Shown piece after piece: positions 12,360 through 23,910 of a stretch of 52,023 bases of DNA. Each line of letters opens with the position of its first letter. Within the stretch, counting starts at the first letter, position 1. Both the position numbers and the translations under genes were made by a program. This stretch comes from Pseudogymnoascus verrucosus (lineage: Eukaryota): the NCBI GenBank assembly GCA_001662655.1, contig KV460267.1. One strand, 5' to 3'. A model generated the notes under the pieces. It had not been told where the DNA came from. It ran no database searches and worked only from the letters and a program-made list of their open reading frames with translations.

Positions 12360-14573
12360 ATGCGCTTGAAACTTTGTGCCGGCCTTGCATGGGCGACTCT
12401 CTTTTCTCATTCCCTTGCCGTGTACGATGTCCCCTCTGTTGGAGCCTCTGTTCTGTCCAGGGAAGTGAATGAGTGCCAGGACTCGGACCGGATGTATAGC
12501 ACCGAAGACATCCCGCAAGGCGCAGTTGAGCCCTGGACATCCGACGGCACTCAGCTAGACTCGGCTCATTCGGATGGTCTCCAGTATGTATATTCCTCGA
12601 GTACATTCACTTCTATATTGATATATTACTTGCGTACTGGGTTGCTGACCCTTGAAATTATTCTAGGTGGGTTACTATTGTAAATCTCACGCCGTATAGG
12701 ATGGTTTATACAGGTGGTCCTGCGCCCTATCAGTTCTCCGCCTGGGACTTTGGCGACATCCCTTCTGGCAAGACACGGGAGAACAAAGCCACATACGACA
12801 CCCGTGCCGGTATATTTAGCTTTGCCGACACCAACGGCTACGCCAACTACAGACGTATGTAAAAAAATTTGGCCAGTTTACTCTTGTTTAGACAGCTTTG
12901 AGAGTTCTAATGTTGATTACGACTCATGGGATATTTACGTTGCTCGATTTTCTTTGTAGATTCTGAATGAAGGGGTTGCTGATTCTAAAAATTATAGTTG
13001 AGGGTACGGACAAGACGTTCCAGATCCACGTCACAACACACATCCCAGACTCCTACGAGCGGCGGGTGATTTTTGATCTCGGTGGCATGGGCATGGGCTG
13101 GCGAGAGCTGGGCTTCCCTGGTGAGAGAGTCAGCGTGGCGCTGGTTATCACAGGAAGTGAGCAGTACGGCTACGTCAACTCGTTGCAGCTCAACAACATT
13201 GCCTGGATGCGCACTATGTACCCTATCATTAAAGACCGCGATCTCCGCCACGTTGTGGTTCCTGGCTCGCACGATGCTGGCATGAGCCGCATTACAACTA
13301 ATTCCGGCTGGAACGGGTTGGGCATTGCAAGTAACACGGAGACGCAGAGCCTGGATCACTACAACCAGCTTCGGGTTGGCACGCGGTATTTCGACATGCG
13401 CCTCGTAAGCGTCAACGGGGGCGCTTTCTGGTCGGCCCATATCAACGAAGAGGTCACCGCGGCCCCAGTTGGCGCGACTGGTGAATCGCTAGATGGTATG
13501 TATACCCCTTTGTGCACCCCTGAAGCTTCCAGCAACTCCCCAAAATACCTGGAATAGATGTTAGCTGACTCCGAAGTGCTATAGACCTGATTGCTGGACT
13601 CAATCGTTTTACAAAGGACTACCCTGGTGAGGTCATCGTATGGGCCATTAGGTCAATGGTGGATTTGGACAACAGGAAATTGTCAAGCAAAGACCAACGA
13701 TACTGGAACGCTGATAAGCTCAATGAATTTTATATTAAATTAGAGGGCATCAACAACAGATGCATAGGCCTGACCAATACGCCCAGATTCGACATGCAGC
13801 CCATGAAGAACTTCATGGATCGAAACGGAAATAAAGGCTGCGTTCTACTCCTGACGGATGGGAGGTTAACGGAAGGCCTCGCAGTGGACCGAGTCGCATC
13901 CGGCATCTACTCTCGTAATAACTATCTCAACAACGACGACTATTGGGCCGAAGAAAGGTATACCCAGCAGACTGCCGACAAGCAGATAATCCGAATGCAA
14001 GGCCATATCCGCGATGATCAGTCACCGTCAGGTACCACCTCAGATAACTATTTCATTATGCAGTGGCAATGCACTCCCAGTGTTGTAGATGTCTCGATTG
14101 GCCCGCAAACCCTACAGTCAATCGCGAACCAGGTGACAAACCCGGCTCTGTACCACTATGGCGTCCAAAAAATGTCGCCTGAGAGCTTTCCAACTGTGAT
14201 TCTGCACGACGCCGTCGGCCTGTTCCACGTCAGCGACCTCGCTGAGTCTGCATACAACCCTATGATGCAGACACTAGCTATCGGACTAAATCTTTATATG
14301 GTCAGCCAGAACTGCCTGGTCAGCAAGATTAAAAACCCACTGCTCGTGCAGACGGCGCAGCTAAAATCGCTTGTGGATATTGGGTTCAAGACCTTCACTG
14401 GCGTTATATTCTCAAACGGCACCGTCCTCGACGAGCCACCTCGAGACTTTTGTCGCACTTGTACATTCAATGATACCTCGAGTATTGATCATCCCCCGTT
14501 GAACATCAAACCGAACAGCACTATTACAGGACGCAGACGGAGTCGGAGAGCCAACCTGCGAGGCTTTACATAA
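12360..14573 (+). CDS. Secreted PLC-like phosphodiesterase (PI-PLC X-domain family)
   Basis: Signal peptide; introns 12584-12666, 12855-12997, 13496-13584. Motifs VVPGSHDAGM, TQSLDHYNQLRVGTRYFDMR, YPGEVIV. Confidence 0.88.
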
Positions 14574-15273
14574 GAACTCGCATGGTAGAGAGGAGCACCA
14601 CTCATCTCAAGTTTATTTTGTTACCCAGCCCTTTTATTTGCTACAAAATTTGTCGAATGTTCAAGGAAATGGACACATGGTGCGAAACGAACCTTTTTCT
14701 TAGAATACTGCAATGTATATAGATATTTTTCCCTGTATTTATTCTATATACTATCTGTACTGATTCTATGAGTTTCTTGTCCCGTTCTGCCACAGCGAGA
14801 AATTCGAGCCACCAAAGACACCACACAATCACACAATTTATGTGCGATTACGTATCTAGGCACTTCTTTATTTCGTATCAAAAACCATTGTTGGATGCCA
14901 ACAATAATACAATAAGCGGAACGTGCTGCTTATCCGCTACTAATTGCAGTTGATTTCGCCACGGCAGATGTTGATGTGCAAGATCGAGTTCGGAAGTGCG
15001 AAAAGGGTGGCCTCGGAAGGAATGAAGCCATCCCATAGAAAATGGGCTTGGAAATAATAGCACCGGAAATGAAATAGAACAAATTGGGAGCTCAAGGGGT
15101 GGGTGGAGAAGTGTGTGTGTGCCGTGTGCCGCCTAGGTGTTCTCAAGCCGACGTATACGCCTAAGAATGAAAATTTGAGGGATTTAGTTTTGCGCCTTTC
15201 TTTCAACTTATAGATTCCCAGTGTGTTCAGTTCGTGCGGTTTTCATTGTTGCAGACGCGAGTGTGCATGCATC

Positions 15274-16870
15274 ATGGCTTCCTCTAATACTACCATCCGA
15301 CGCCTCTAGCAAACAACGCATCACAAATCAGCGATGTTGCGGAACCTACCACCCTCTCTCTCGTGCACGGAGGCGCTAAAATAGCCCTCGTCGACCTAAC
15401 ACTCAGCGAGCTACTGGATGAGCAGTGCGCGCTACGTGGCGATAAAACGTGCTTGGTCGTTCCCTAAACGGGCGCGCGCTGGTCATATTCGGAATTGTAG
15501 CACCGAAGCAGGAGCCTAGCGAAGGAGATGCTAGCGCTAGGTGTATGGGGAGGAGATCGTGTTGGGATTCTTGAAGGCAATTATAAGGAGTATATTAGCG
15601 TGTTTTTTGCAGTGGGGTATGTAGGATGCGTGGTGGTGGTGCTAAATAGCACTTATACGTCTATAGAGGCACAGTATGCGCTAGATCATTTAGGCAAGTT
15701 AGTTTCGTAGAGATGTGCTTAGGGCGTTAGCTAATTAGTGATTAGGTTGTAAACTTCTGTTTACGTAGGAGGTGTACGGGAATTATAACAATACACAGCT
15801 CCTTACGGAGATTATTCTAAATCTCTTAAATAGAAACAACCTTAGCAGCATTAATGCTAGTGCCCTTATACATAACGAAGTCTTTAACCTTAAAGCCTTA
15901 AAGCAGCTAGCATAACTGTTTCCCTACATGACATCTATAACCTCTAATACACTAACAGCTTAATAGGGCAGCCTAAAGCCGCAATGTTAACGCATTAGTA
16001 AGTCTATCCGTCTCTCCTTTCTATACCCTAGCTAACACCCCCTAGCAACATACTCAACAACGCCCACTCCATTAGCTACTGCATGCCCTTTACCCTAGCT
16101 GATATCCTTTGCTGTCCTCCTCCCCTCTTCCACTGCTTTGGCCTCGTCCTTAGCCTCCTTATCTACGTTACCTACAGCTCTACCGTCGTCCTCCCTAGCC
16201 CCTCTTTCTCCGCCCCTGCCGTTCTCTCTGCCATCGCTGCTGAAAACTGTACTGCCATCTATAGCGTCCTAGCCATGTTCGAAGAGCTCCTCTCTATCCC
16301 CTGCCCCCTAACCTAGTTATGTCCTAATCTCCACACTAGCATTATTACGGGTGCTCCTTTGCCAGTACTGCTAATAGAGCGGATAGTAGAGGAACTTAAT
16401 ATAAGGGAGTTTACGAGTAGCTATAGGTTGACGGAGGCGTCGCCGACTTACTTTAATGCACATGCTAGGGATTCCATCTATTGCAAACTCACGACAGTAG
16501 GCCGTGTCTTACTGCACTTACAGTCTAAGATTGTTACCGCCACGGTAACATCATGCCGGTTAGGGCGAGGGGAGAGCTGTGCATAACAGGATACTTACTA
16601 TAGAAGGGGTACTAGAACAACCCTAACAAGACGAGGGAAGTTATAATAAGGGATGAGCATAGGGTAGTGTAGTTAAACACTGCGATGAAGCTGTTTTTGA
16701 TAAGGAGGGATATTGTACTATTACCAGAAGGTTTAAAGACATTATAATAAGAGGTACGTCGTCTAAGCCCATCCCATTTGATTCAAACTGACCATCTGAA
16801 AGGAGGAGAGAACATTTACCCCCTAAAAGTGGAATCCCAGCTCGTCGCTCACCCCACCAGCCTCATCGTG
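15274..16870 (+). pseudogene. AMP-binding acyl-CoA synthetase (ACSF2-like), heavily RIP-mutated and 3'-truncated
   Basis: Recognisable remnants GDRVGIL, PKAAMLT, CCPPPLFHCFGLV, SSY(R)LTEASP, TVGRV, ITRRFKDIIIRGGENIYP, with many TAG/TAA stops and frameshifts in a TpA-rich context. Confidence 0.88.
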
Positions 16871-17264
16871 ACAATTTCGTGTCAGTCTCGCGTCAATTTC
16901 GTAATAGTACCAGAGTCTGGCTGATTTAGCCTACGTACCTTGTTTCATGTGCGTGGCTCTTATTTTCTATGATGGCGCTAGAAAAGTGCAGAGCGCCAGG
17001 CTACATTGAAAAGTTCACATGGTTTGGAAACATACACTGAGTTAATAATTGCTACAGTGTTCGATTTAAGGTGGCACTAATAAGAGTATATAGATTCTAA
17101 TGCTATCTATGTATTACATCTATATTAAAGCGATAGGACAAATATAGTAGTCTTGTATTATGATATACATTTGATTTTTTCTATCATGCTTTAGTAGCTG
17201 CTTTGTAGAATGGCAATTATTTACTACTTCTATAACTCGTCCTTATAAGTTCCTTTCTACTCTT

Positions 17265-17345
17265 TCTCTCTTCGTTGGAGGTTATGAGAGCACGGGCTCT
17301 GTGGAAGCAGTGTATAGACAGGATCACGCCTAATCCTACTTGATC
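17265..17345 (-). repeat. About 80-bp diverged copy of part of the C2H2 transcription factor gene (about 25022-25100)
   Basis: Translates as DQVGLGVILSIHCFHRARALITSNEER versus DQVGSGVILSTRCFHRARALITSNEER in the intact gene. Confidence 0.9.
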
Positions 17346-17595
17346 GAGAATGGTGCGGATAGCGACACCTTTAGAGTGTTCGGATTTGTTGCTGCCCGTA
17401 GAGGAGCATATGATCCGAAGACGCGAATTATACTGCATGTGGTCACCTATGTATCCATGATTAAGCACACTCGATCGTATATGGGCTTATCAGTTCACAG
17501 CATGCCTCAATACAATCTAGTAGCTATCAATTACTTATGTACACATATACTGGCTTATTACATCAGTATAAACCTCTGCATCTTTTATGCAGTGC

Positions 17596-18996
17596 TTAGA
17601 CAGGAAGGATGACTTTTACGCCCATGTACTCTCGTTGATGCACGACCTTACCATCAATAACCACTTGATCAGCACCGACTCTGTTACGGACCGTATCTGT
17701 TGGATCCGTAGCTGTAGAGATCTGGATCTCGCGCCACTGACGATTGGTGGGCACATTTTTGCCTTGGGCCGTGAGGTTCTTGAACTCTTTGTAGACGCCT
17801 TGCTCCTCAACGCAGCCCTCTCGTTGGATAAGTGGAGATTCTGGAGAACGTAGTCAGCATACATGTTGTACCGTCTGCCTTAGGCTCATTCACTCACCTT
17901 CTGCAGGCGCCATACGCAACTCGCCAACGGAGCTGTTGAAGAGCACCAGTGAGAGGCGCTCTTCGTGTAATTGATCGACCGGAGGCTTGAAAACGCGGTG
18001 ACGAGTGGCCTTGAAGTGGCCTCCAGAGACAATCTCCAGGGTATCGCCAATGTTTATGACAAGCGCTCCGGGTTTGTAGGGCACGTAATACCACTGTTCG
18101 TCGCGACCCCATATTTGGAGACATGAGATGGGAACAGAAAACAGCAAGGTAGTCAAGCCAAAGTCTGTGTGGCCGTGCATACGAAGGCCCTTGGCTAACT
18201 CTTCGGTTTGTTTCTGCACAGGTCGAAAGAGTGCATGACGGAAGTAACCTTCACCAGTTGGGCTACCGTGTGATTGTACATTGTCCCATAGATAATCGTC
18301 AGGCAACTCTAGAACGCGTGAAAAGAGCGTGAGGAGTCGTCGGTTAACAGACTTTGTAAGGTAGTTGCAAAATTCCTCGATCTCGTCCATGAAGGGGTGC
18401 AGACACGTTGGCACACGACCAGTATCTGCCCAGTCGGGTTTGTACCAGTTAAATTGCTCGATGCCATCAGGGATTCCACGGTCTCGCTGAAGGGTGAGAA
18501 CGCAGAGTAAGCACAAGTTTAAAACTTCCACATGCAGGGTTAAGATCTTATTACCTTGAATCCGTAGGGATGCTTGTAACCGGACCATACACCGGTGTCA
18601 GGGTCGAAAAGAAGGCGCTCCTTGTCCTCGTCGCTAATGTTTTTGTATAGATACTGTGCGAGAGCAAATTGATGGTGGAGCTATTGAAAAGGCGAGAGAA
18701 ACATGATCAGTGGCGCTGGTTTTAATATTCTTTTCCGAATTTTCTCTTACCTGCTCTAAGGAAATTCCATAGTTTTCGAGGAATAGAAAGCCATCATCGC
18801 GAATAGCAACTTTGACTAGCTTGATAAGGTTATCAACGACGGCAGGGTCATCCGAGTCAAGTAACGAAAGATCAATTGACTTGAGTTTAGCAAAGTTGTG
18901 CTTTTCCTTTGTGGCTGGGGGAGGGACCCATTCTGGCACAAAAGGCTTGCCAGGCCGGTTGGCTGAGGGAGGGTTAAATGGGGCTGCAGGTGCCAT
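17596..18996 (-). CDS. 2-oxoglutarate/Fe(II)-dependent dioxygenase (IPNS/DIOX_N-like)
   Basis: ATG 18996; introns 18681-18750, 18487-18554, 17841-17897. IDLSLL, GFLFLENYG, HTDFG, INIGDTLE, HRV and RLS give the HxD...H...RxS signature. Confidence 0.92.
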
Positions 18997-19326
18997 GACT
19001 TGATGTTTGCAAAAGTGTGTAGTTGTGGCCGATGCCTCAGACAATACCTAGATATAGTTACACAGTTACGCCATATGCCTTTATACAAATTGTGTGATAA
19101 GAAGCTATGGAAGCCTATGTGTACCCGCCCTATCCCTGCGCTTGGTTATCACCTTGCCACTATCTCTCGAGAGCTCCTCTGTCTGGGCACGAGGAGGTAG
19201 ACAGATTGCCGTCTTAAGCATAAACTAAGCTAAATTGATTAGTTTGTGCTGGCCAATAACGACAGAAAAATTACTACTAGTAAGATACGACCCTGGTTTA
19301 GAGTAGCCCGCATTGTGTATCGCGTG

Positions 19327-19355
19327 GGAGGAGCTGGCGTAGGAGGAGCTCCTCC
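19327..19355. promoter_or_regulatory. GGAGGAGC motif plus a 14-bp perfect palindrome GGAGGAGCTCCTCC in the dioxygenase/RidA divergent promoter
   Basis: GGAGGAGC at 19327; palindrome at 19342-19355. The same motif recurs at 21499-21871. Confidence 0.5.
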
Positions 19356-19558
19356 CAAGTGGGGCCGAAGACGCAGGCTGGCATTGAGGGGTGGGGAAGG
19401 GGTGTGGGGGGGATGGATACTGTGGACGGCTTGCGCTAAGCCAACATTTAAACAGCAACTGGCAGCACCTACTTACTTTCGCTTTCCGAATTTCTTTCTT
19501 GACACATTTTCTATCTTGACATTATCTCTAAAAGAGTCACTTGTAAACATTAGCAACA

Positions 19559-20040
19559 ATGTCACGGCAACTTATTTCCAGCGAGAAATTCCCTCCAAAG
19601 CCTCATAACTGTGAGTGTTTCCATGAAAGGCGGGTTTACCTAGTGTCGGATGTTTACTGACCAAGTCCTCACAGGCCCTGCTGTCAAGGTCCCCGGTCTC
19701 GTCTTCTGTGCAGGTCAAACAGCCACGGGAGAAATTAAACAAGCGACAGTACGTCTTGTCCTGGGGTTTCTATTCTTTTTATTTAGTAACTGAGTCTCAC
19801 ATCATTTGCCTACAGATAACCGCTTTACAAAACCTCAAGGAAGTTCTCGAGCTTTCAGGGTCGTCGCTTGAACAAGTTGTCAAGTACAATGTCTATCTCG
19901 CCGACATAAAAGATTTTGCCGCAATGAATGAGGCATACATTGATTTCTTGCCACAGCCTATGCCATCACGCTCGTGCCTTCAGGCCGTCGCGCCAGGAAA
20001 TGGGACGGTCATTGAGATCGAATGTATTGCACAGGCTTGA
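19559..20040 (+). CDS. RidA/YjgF/YER057c family imine/enamine deaminase
   Basis: Exons 19559-19610, 19675-19748, 19816-20040 (116 aa). VFCAGQ, LQNLKEVL, VVKYNVYL, FAAMNEAY, PSRSC (catalytic Arg), IEIECIA. Confidence 0.92.
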
Positions 20041-20466
20041 GACCTGGCCTTTGTAAGGCTAAAATAAATAGAATAAATACCGAAGAAATTGTAACTACTG
20101 TTGGTGTCATGCGCCAGACTATTGAATAATTTGAAAGATTGCCAAGAGACGAATAAATTTATGTGCTAATTAACGTAGGTCACTGTGTAACAGGACGGAC
20201 GGTGAAACGCAACAGGACGCTTTTTAAGTGAGGTAGCTTGTGAGGTAGCTTGTCATATATAAATGTAGACACTAAGAACAACAACCACGTCTGCTATATT
20301 ACGATTAACCAGAAATACCAGACGTACATGCCCATAACGCACATTTACAGCGCATGCCGGCACATAAGTCTACGATGCGAGGAATAACGTTCAAATCTAG
20401 ATAGTGATATGTTTATGTATGAAATTCTATTATTCTATAAGGGCATTTTTGTATCCCCGAACCTTC

Positions 20467-21267
20467 TCATGACCGAGCAATCTTGAACTCCGGAATATAC
20501 CAATTCTGAATTGCCTTTGTGTCGCCTGTAATGGCGACTGTGTCATATCTCTTTCTGGCCTCCTTCGCTGCTGCACCATCATTGACCATTCGTCCAGCCC
20601 ACTTCCCATGCTTTCGCGCCGCCGCGATGATCTTGTCAATGGCAGCGAGGAACTCTGGCTCATCTCCGCGCGCGGGCACATATCCTAGGAGAGATTGCGC
20701 AAGATCGTTAGGGCCGATGAAGATGAGGTCCACTCCAGGCACGGCGCAGATGGCATCGATGTTCTCGACACCCTCGCGCGTCTCTATTTGAATCATAGTC
20801 ACAACCGTTTCGTTGGCAGACTGCATATATTGGGGCGTCGTAATACCATGGCCAATGCTAGGAAATGCTGAGCCTTGACCGCGCACTCCCTGCGGTGGGA
20901 ACTTGGAAGATGCGACAATCTGTTTCGCTTCTTCGGCGTTGTTGATCTGCGGGACCATGATGCCATGCGCGCCAGTATCCAGAGCACGCTTAATAATGTC
21001 GTGCGCAGGGCCGCGGATGCGAATGATGGGCGATACCCCGAGTGCTGATATGGCAGCGACAGAGTTGTGCATCGAATCGTCTCCGATATGGCCATGCTCG
21101 CAATCGATAATGATGCCGTCAAGACCAGTCAAAGCCACGATTTGGGCTTGGCGTACTGAGGGAATGGCCACGAAAGTCATTAATGGGAACTCTCCGGCTT
21201 TGAGTTTGTTAAGTAGCCTCAGTCGATGGTTCTCGACCTTGGTCGTGTGGGCTGTGGGATAGGCCAT
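20467..21267 (-). CDS. HpcH/HpaI class II pyruvate aldolase
   Basis: Intronless, 266 aa. IDCEHG, IRI, ALDTGAHGIMVP, FPPQGVRG, QIETREG, IFIGPNDL. Confidence 0.93.
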   Translation of the reverse strand: MAYPTAHTTKVENHRLRLLNKLKAGEFPLMTFVAIPSVRQAQIVALTGLDGIIIDCEHGHIGDDSMHNSVAAISALGVSPIIRIRGPAHDIIKRALDTGAHGIMVPQINNAEEAKQIVASSKFPPQGVRGQGSAFPSIGHGITTPQYMQSANETVVTMIQIETREGVENIDAICAVPGVDLIFIGPNDLAQSLLGYVPARGDEPEFLAAIDKIIAAARKHGKWAGRMVNDGAAAKEARKRYDTVAITGDTKAIQNWYIPEFKIARS

Positions 21268-21481
21268 TGTTGGAGCTGGTAAGATCTTACTTTGTCGTTT
21301 GTACGTGGGAGGTAGGTAAGATGTGCGCTTACCTTAAGTAACAATGAGTTTTCTACTCTCTCATGCCTCAGCTACGTTACTTTCTGTGCTTGCTAATATT
21401 TTCCATGCTCACCTGCTAATCTCATCGTCCCTGACCCATAGAGAGGAGTGACCCACAACGAAGTGGAGTTGGTGCTGCAGC

Positions 21482-21745
21482 TTATCGCCACCCTGCCCGG
21501 AGGAGCTCCCCCAGAGTCTATATAATATGCCTCACGATTGACTCCTCCTAGGACTAGTTCCGTTAAGCTGGTGACGCTTGTCCTTAGTGCTAGAGATTTC
21601 CCTACCCTGTCGGGAGGAGCCCCAGATTCTACGCGATAAGCCTATTGCCACCCTTGTTGGGAGGAGCCCCAGATTCTGCGCGATAAGCCCCACGATTGAC
21701 TCCTCCTACCAGACTAGATCCCGTTGGGCTGACGACGGTTGTCCT
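21482..21745 (+). repeat. Degenerate tandem duplications carrying GGAGGAGY and GATAAG
   Basis: Units near 21482, 21600 and 21643 share CCCT..GGAGGAGC.CC..AGA.TCT; units 1 and 3 share CACGATTGACTCCTCCTA. Confidence 0.85.
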
Positions 21746-22078
21746 AAACCGTCCCTCCTCTCCCTATCTATGAGCCCCTTGGTGAATCCGTCAATTGCCG
21801 ACGAATCTACGGGTCGTGTTCCTCTGCAAAGGGGTATTGACCGCTCAAGCTTGTTCCTAAACCGCTCCTCCTCTCCCTATCTACGAGCCACTTGGTGAAT
21901 CCATCAATTGCCGACGAATCTACGGGTCGTGATCCTCTGCAAAGAGGCCTTGACCATCGGAGCTTGTTCCTAAACTACTCCTACCTCTGCTTATCTATGA
22001 ACTCTTTGATGAAGCCGTCAATTGACGACTAATCTATCGGCCATGGTCCTCTGGGAAGGGGGCTTAACCATCCGAGCA
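21741..22078 (+). repeat. Three tandem copies of an approximately 112-bp unit in the aldolase/MFS intergenic region
   Basis: Copies start near 21741, 21854 and 21966: CCTAAAC...TATCTA.GA...GAA.CC.TCAATTG.CGAC.AATCTA...CCTCTG. Confidence 0.9.
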
Positions 22079-22244
22079 AAATAAGATCCCTTACCTGGCT
22101 CCTTATTATAAGCCTTTGAGGGACCTCATCAGGGCTATAAACTCGCCCAGTAACCGCCAGGACAATCACGCTCTCTCTCCAACAGGTCCCAACATTTATA
22201 CTCGCCATTAAAGCTTGAACGCAAGGAAGGTCTCAAAATCCGCC

Positions 22245-23759
22245 ATGGACACCGATAAGTGCACATCGTTAGCCCATGCTGAGGACAATATATTGTCTCA
22301 AGAAGGGAAAGTCGATGTCACCAGCGTCGAGTATCAACGGATGCCAGAGTCACTTCTCAACCTCAGCGATAGCGAAATTAAGCGTCTCAACAGGCAACTT
22401 GTCCGTAAGATGGACTTCTATGTTCTCCCAACCATTGGGATCTTGTACATTCTGAACTACATCGACCGTCAGAATCTGGCCGCCGCCAAGCTCCAAGGGA
22501 TCATGGAAGATCTACATATGACCACCGAACAATTTGCTACTGCGGTCTCGATACTGTTTGTGGGTTACTTGCCTTTTCAGATTCCGAGCAACCTCATCAT
22601 CACCAAAGTCTCACGCCCGGGCATGTATATTTGCTTTGCTGTGACGATATGGGGCTGCATTTCGGCGGCAACGGCAGCCGTCAATACCTACGGCCAGCTG
22701 CTTGCGGTGCGGGCCATTCTTGGAATCGCTGAGGCGGTCTTCTTTCCCGGCGCAATATACTACCTTTCTGCCTGGTATACGAAAACGGAGCTGGGGAAAC
22801 GCATTGCCGGCCTGTACATTGCGCAGCAAGTCGGCAATGCCTTTGGAGGGCTCCTCGCGGCAGCTATTCTTCACCTTGACGGAGTACACAATATCGCTGG
22901 CTGGAAGTGGCTGTTCATCATCGAGGGCAGTGCTACGGTTGTCATTGGCGTGATATGTGCCTGCATCATGCCCGAATTCCCGCACAACAGTCGCATCCTC
23001 TCGCAACTGGAGCGTGACATTGCCGTATGGCGCATCGAGTCCGAAGCAGGTGCAGCAGAGGGCACGGAGGACGAGAGTGCGCTGGCGGGCTTTGTTGAAG
23101 CCCTGCGTGATCCCAAGCTGTTACTCCTCATCCTCTGCAATATGCTCTCACAGGCGCAAGGCTCCATTGCCAATTACTTCCCTACGCTAATCGCTTCTCT
23201 CGGCTTCTCCAACACTATCAGCCTACTCCTAACTGCGCCACCCTACATTCTCGCTGGCATAGTCTATTATGGGATCATGTTCTACTCGGATCGCAAGAAC
23301 ACGGTCTACCCGATAATTATCGTGTGCATTACCATTGCAATTGGCATGTACGTCATTCCGATGGTGACACTCAACGTTGGGGCGCGTTACTTTTCTATGA
23401 TGATTTTGCCCTTTGCGTCAGTCGGCCCGCAACTCCTCCTCTACAAGACGATCAATCTGCATCTAGCACGACCAATATCGAAGCGCGCAGCCGCCTCTGC
23501 TCTGGTCAATGCAATTGGTGGCACGTCAAACATTTGGGCTTCATACTTGTACTATGCGAAGCCGCATTTCTATGCCGCCTTTGGAACGCTGATGGGCTGT
23601 GCCTTTTTGTTTGCGGCCACCATCACCCTATACCGCCGGCTAGTCTTGCGTGAGAACGAACGTCTGGATTCGGGCGAAGCGGAGAATATTGCAAAGGTTG
23701 TCAAGGGTGGCGTCACAGAGGAAATGGTGCAACTCAATTGGCGCTACGAGATGTACTGA
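22245..23759 (+). CDS. MFS transporter, anion:cation symporter family
   Basis: Intronless; first ATG about 22245. YIDRQNLAAA, FQIPSN, EAVFFPG, WKWLFIIEG; about 12 hydrophobic segments. Confidence 0.93.
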   Translation: MDTDKCTSLAHAEDNILSQEGKVDVTSVEYQRMPESLLNLSDSEIKRLNRQLVRKMDFYVLPTIGILYILNYIDRQNLAAAKLQGIMEDLHMTTEQFATAVSILFVGYLPFQIPSNLIITKVSRPGMYICFAVTIWGCISAATAAVNTYGQLLAVRAILGIAEAVFFPGAIYYLSAWYTKTELGKRIAGLYIAQQVGNAFGGLLAAAILHLDGVHNIAGWKWLFIIEGSATVVIGVICACIMPEFPHNSRILSQLERDIAVWRIESEAGAAEGTEDESALAGFVEALRDPKLLLLILCNMLSQAQGSIANYFPTLIASLGFSNTISLLLTAPPYILAGIVYYGIMFYSDRKNTVYPIIIVCITIAIGMYVIPMVTLNVGARYFSMMILPFASVGPQLLLYKTINLHLARPISKRAAASALVNAIGGTSNIWASYLYYAKPHFYAAFGTLMGCAFLFAATITLYRRLVLRENERLDSGEAENIAKVVKGGVTEEMVQLNWRYEMY

Positions 23760-23910
23760 TGCTGCTAGGATACTCAGTTAGAAAATCAGCGATGTCTGCC
23801 TCCTGTCATATGTTTTCTTTATTTAGCTTTGGGCATGACCTAGCAAATAAACTTGATTCAATATAATAGCGCTTTGTAATGCAAATAATAACAGTGCCTG
23901 ATGCAATAAA

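Noticed and set aside
21482..22078. CRISPR-like array
   Set aside because: Eukaryotic context, no unique spacers, no cas genes; plain tandem duplication.
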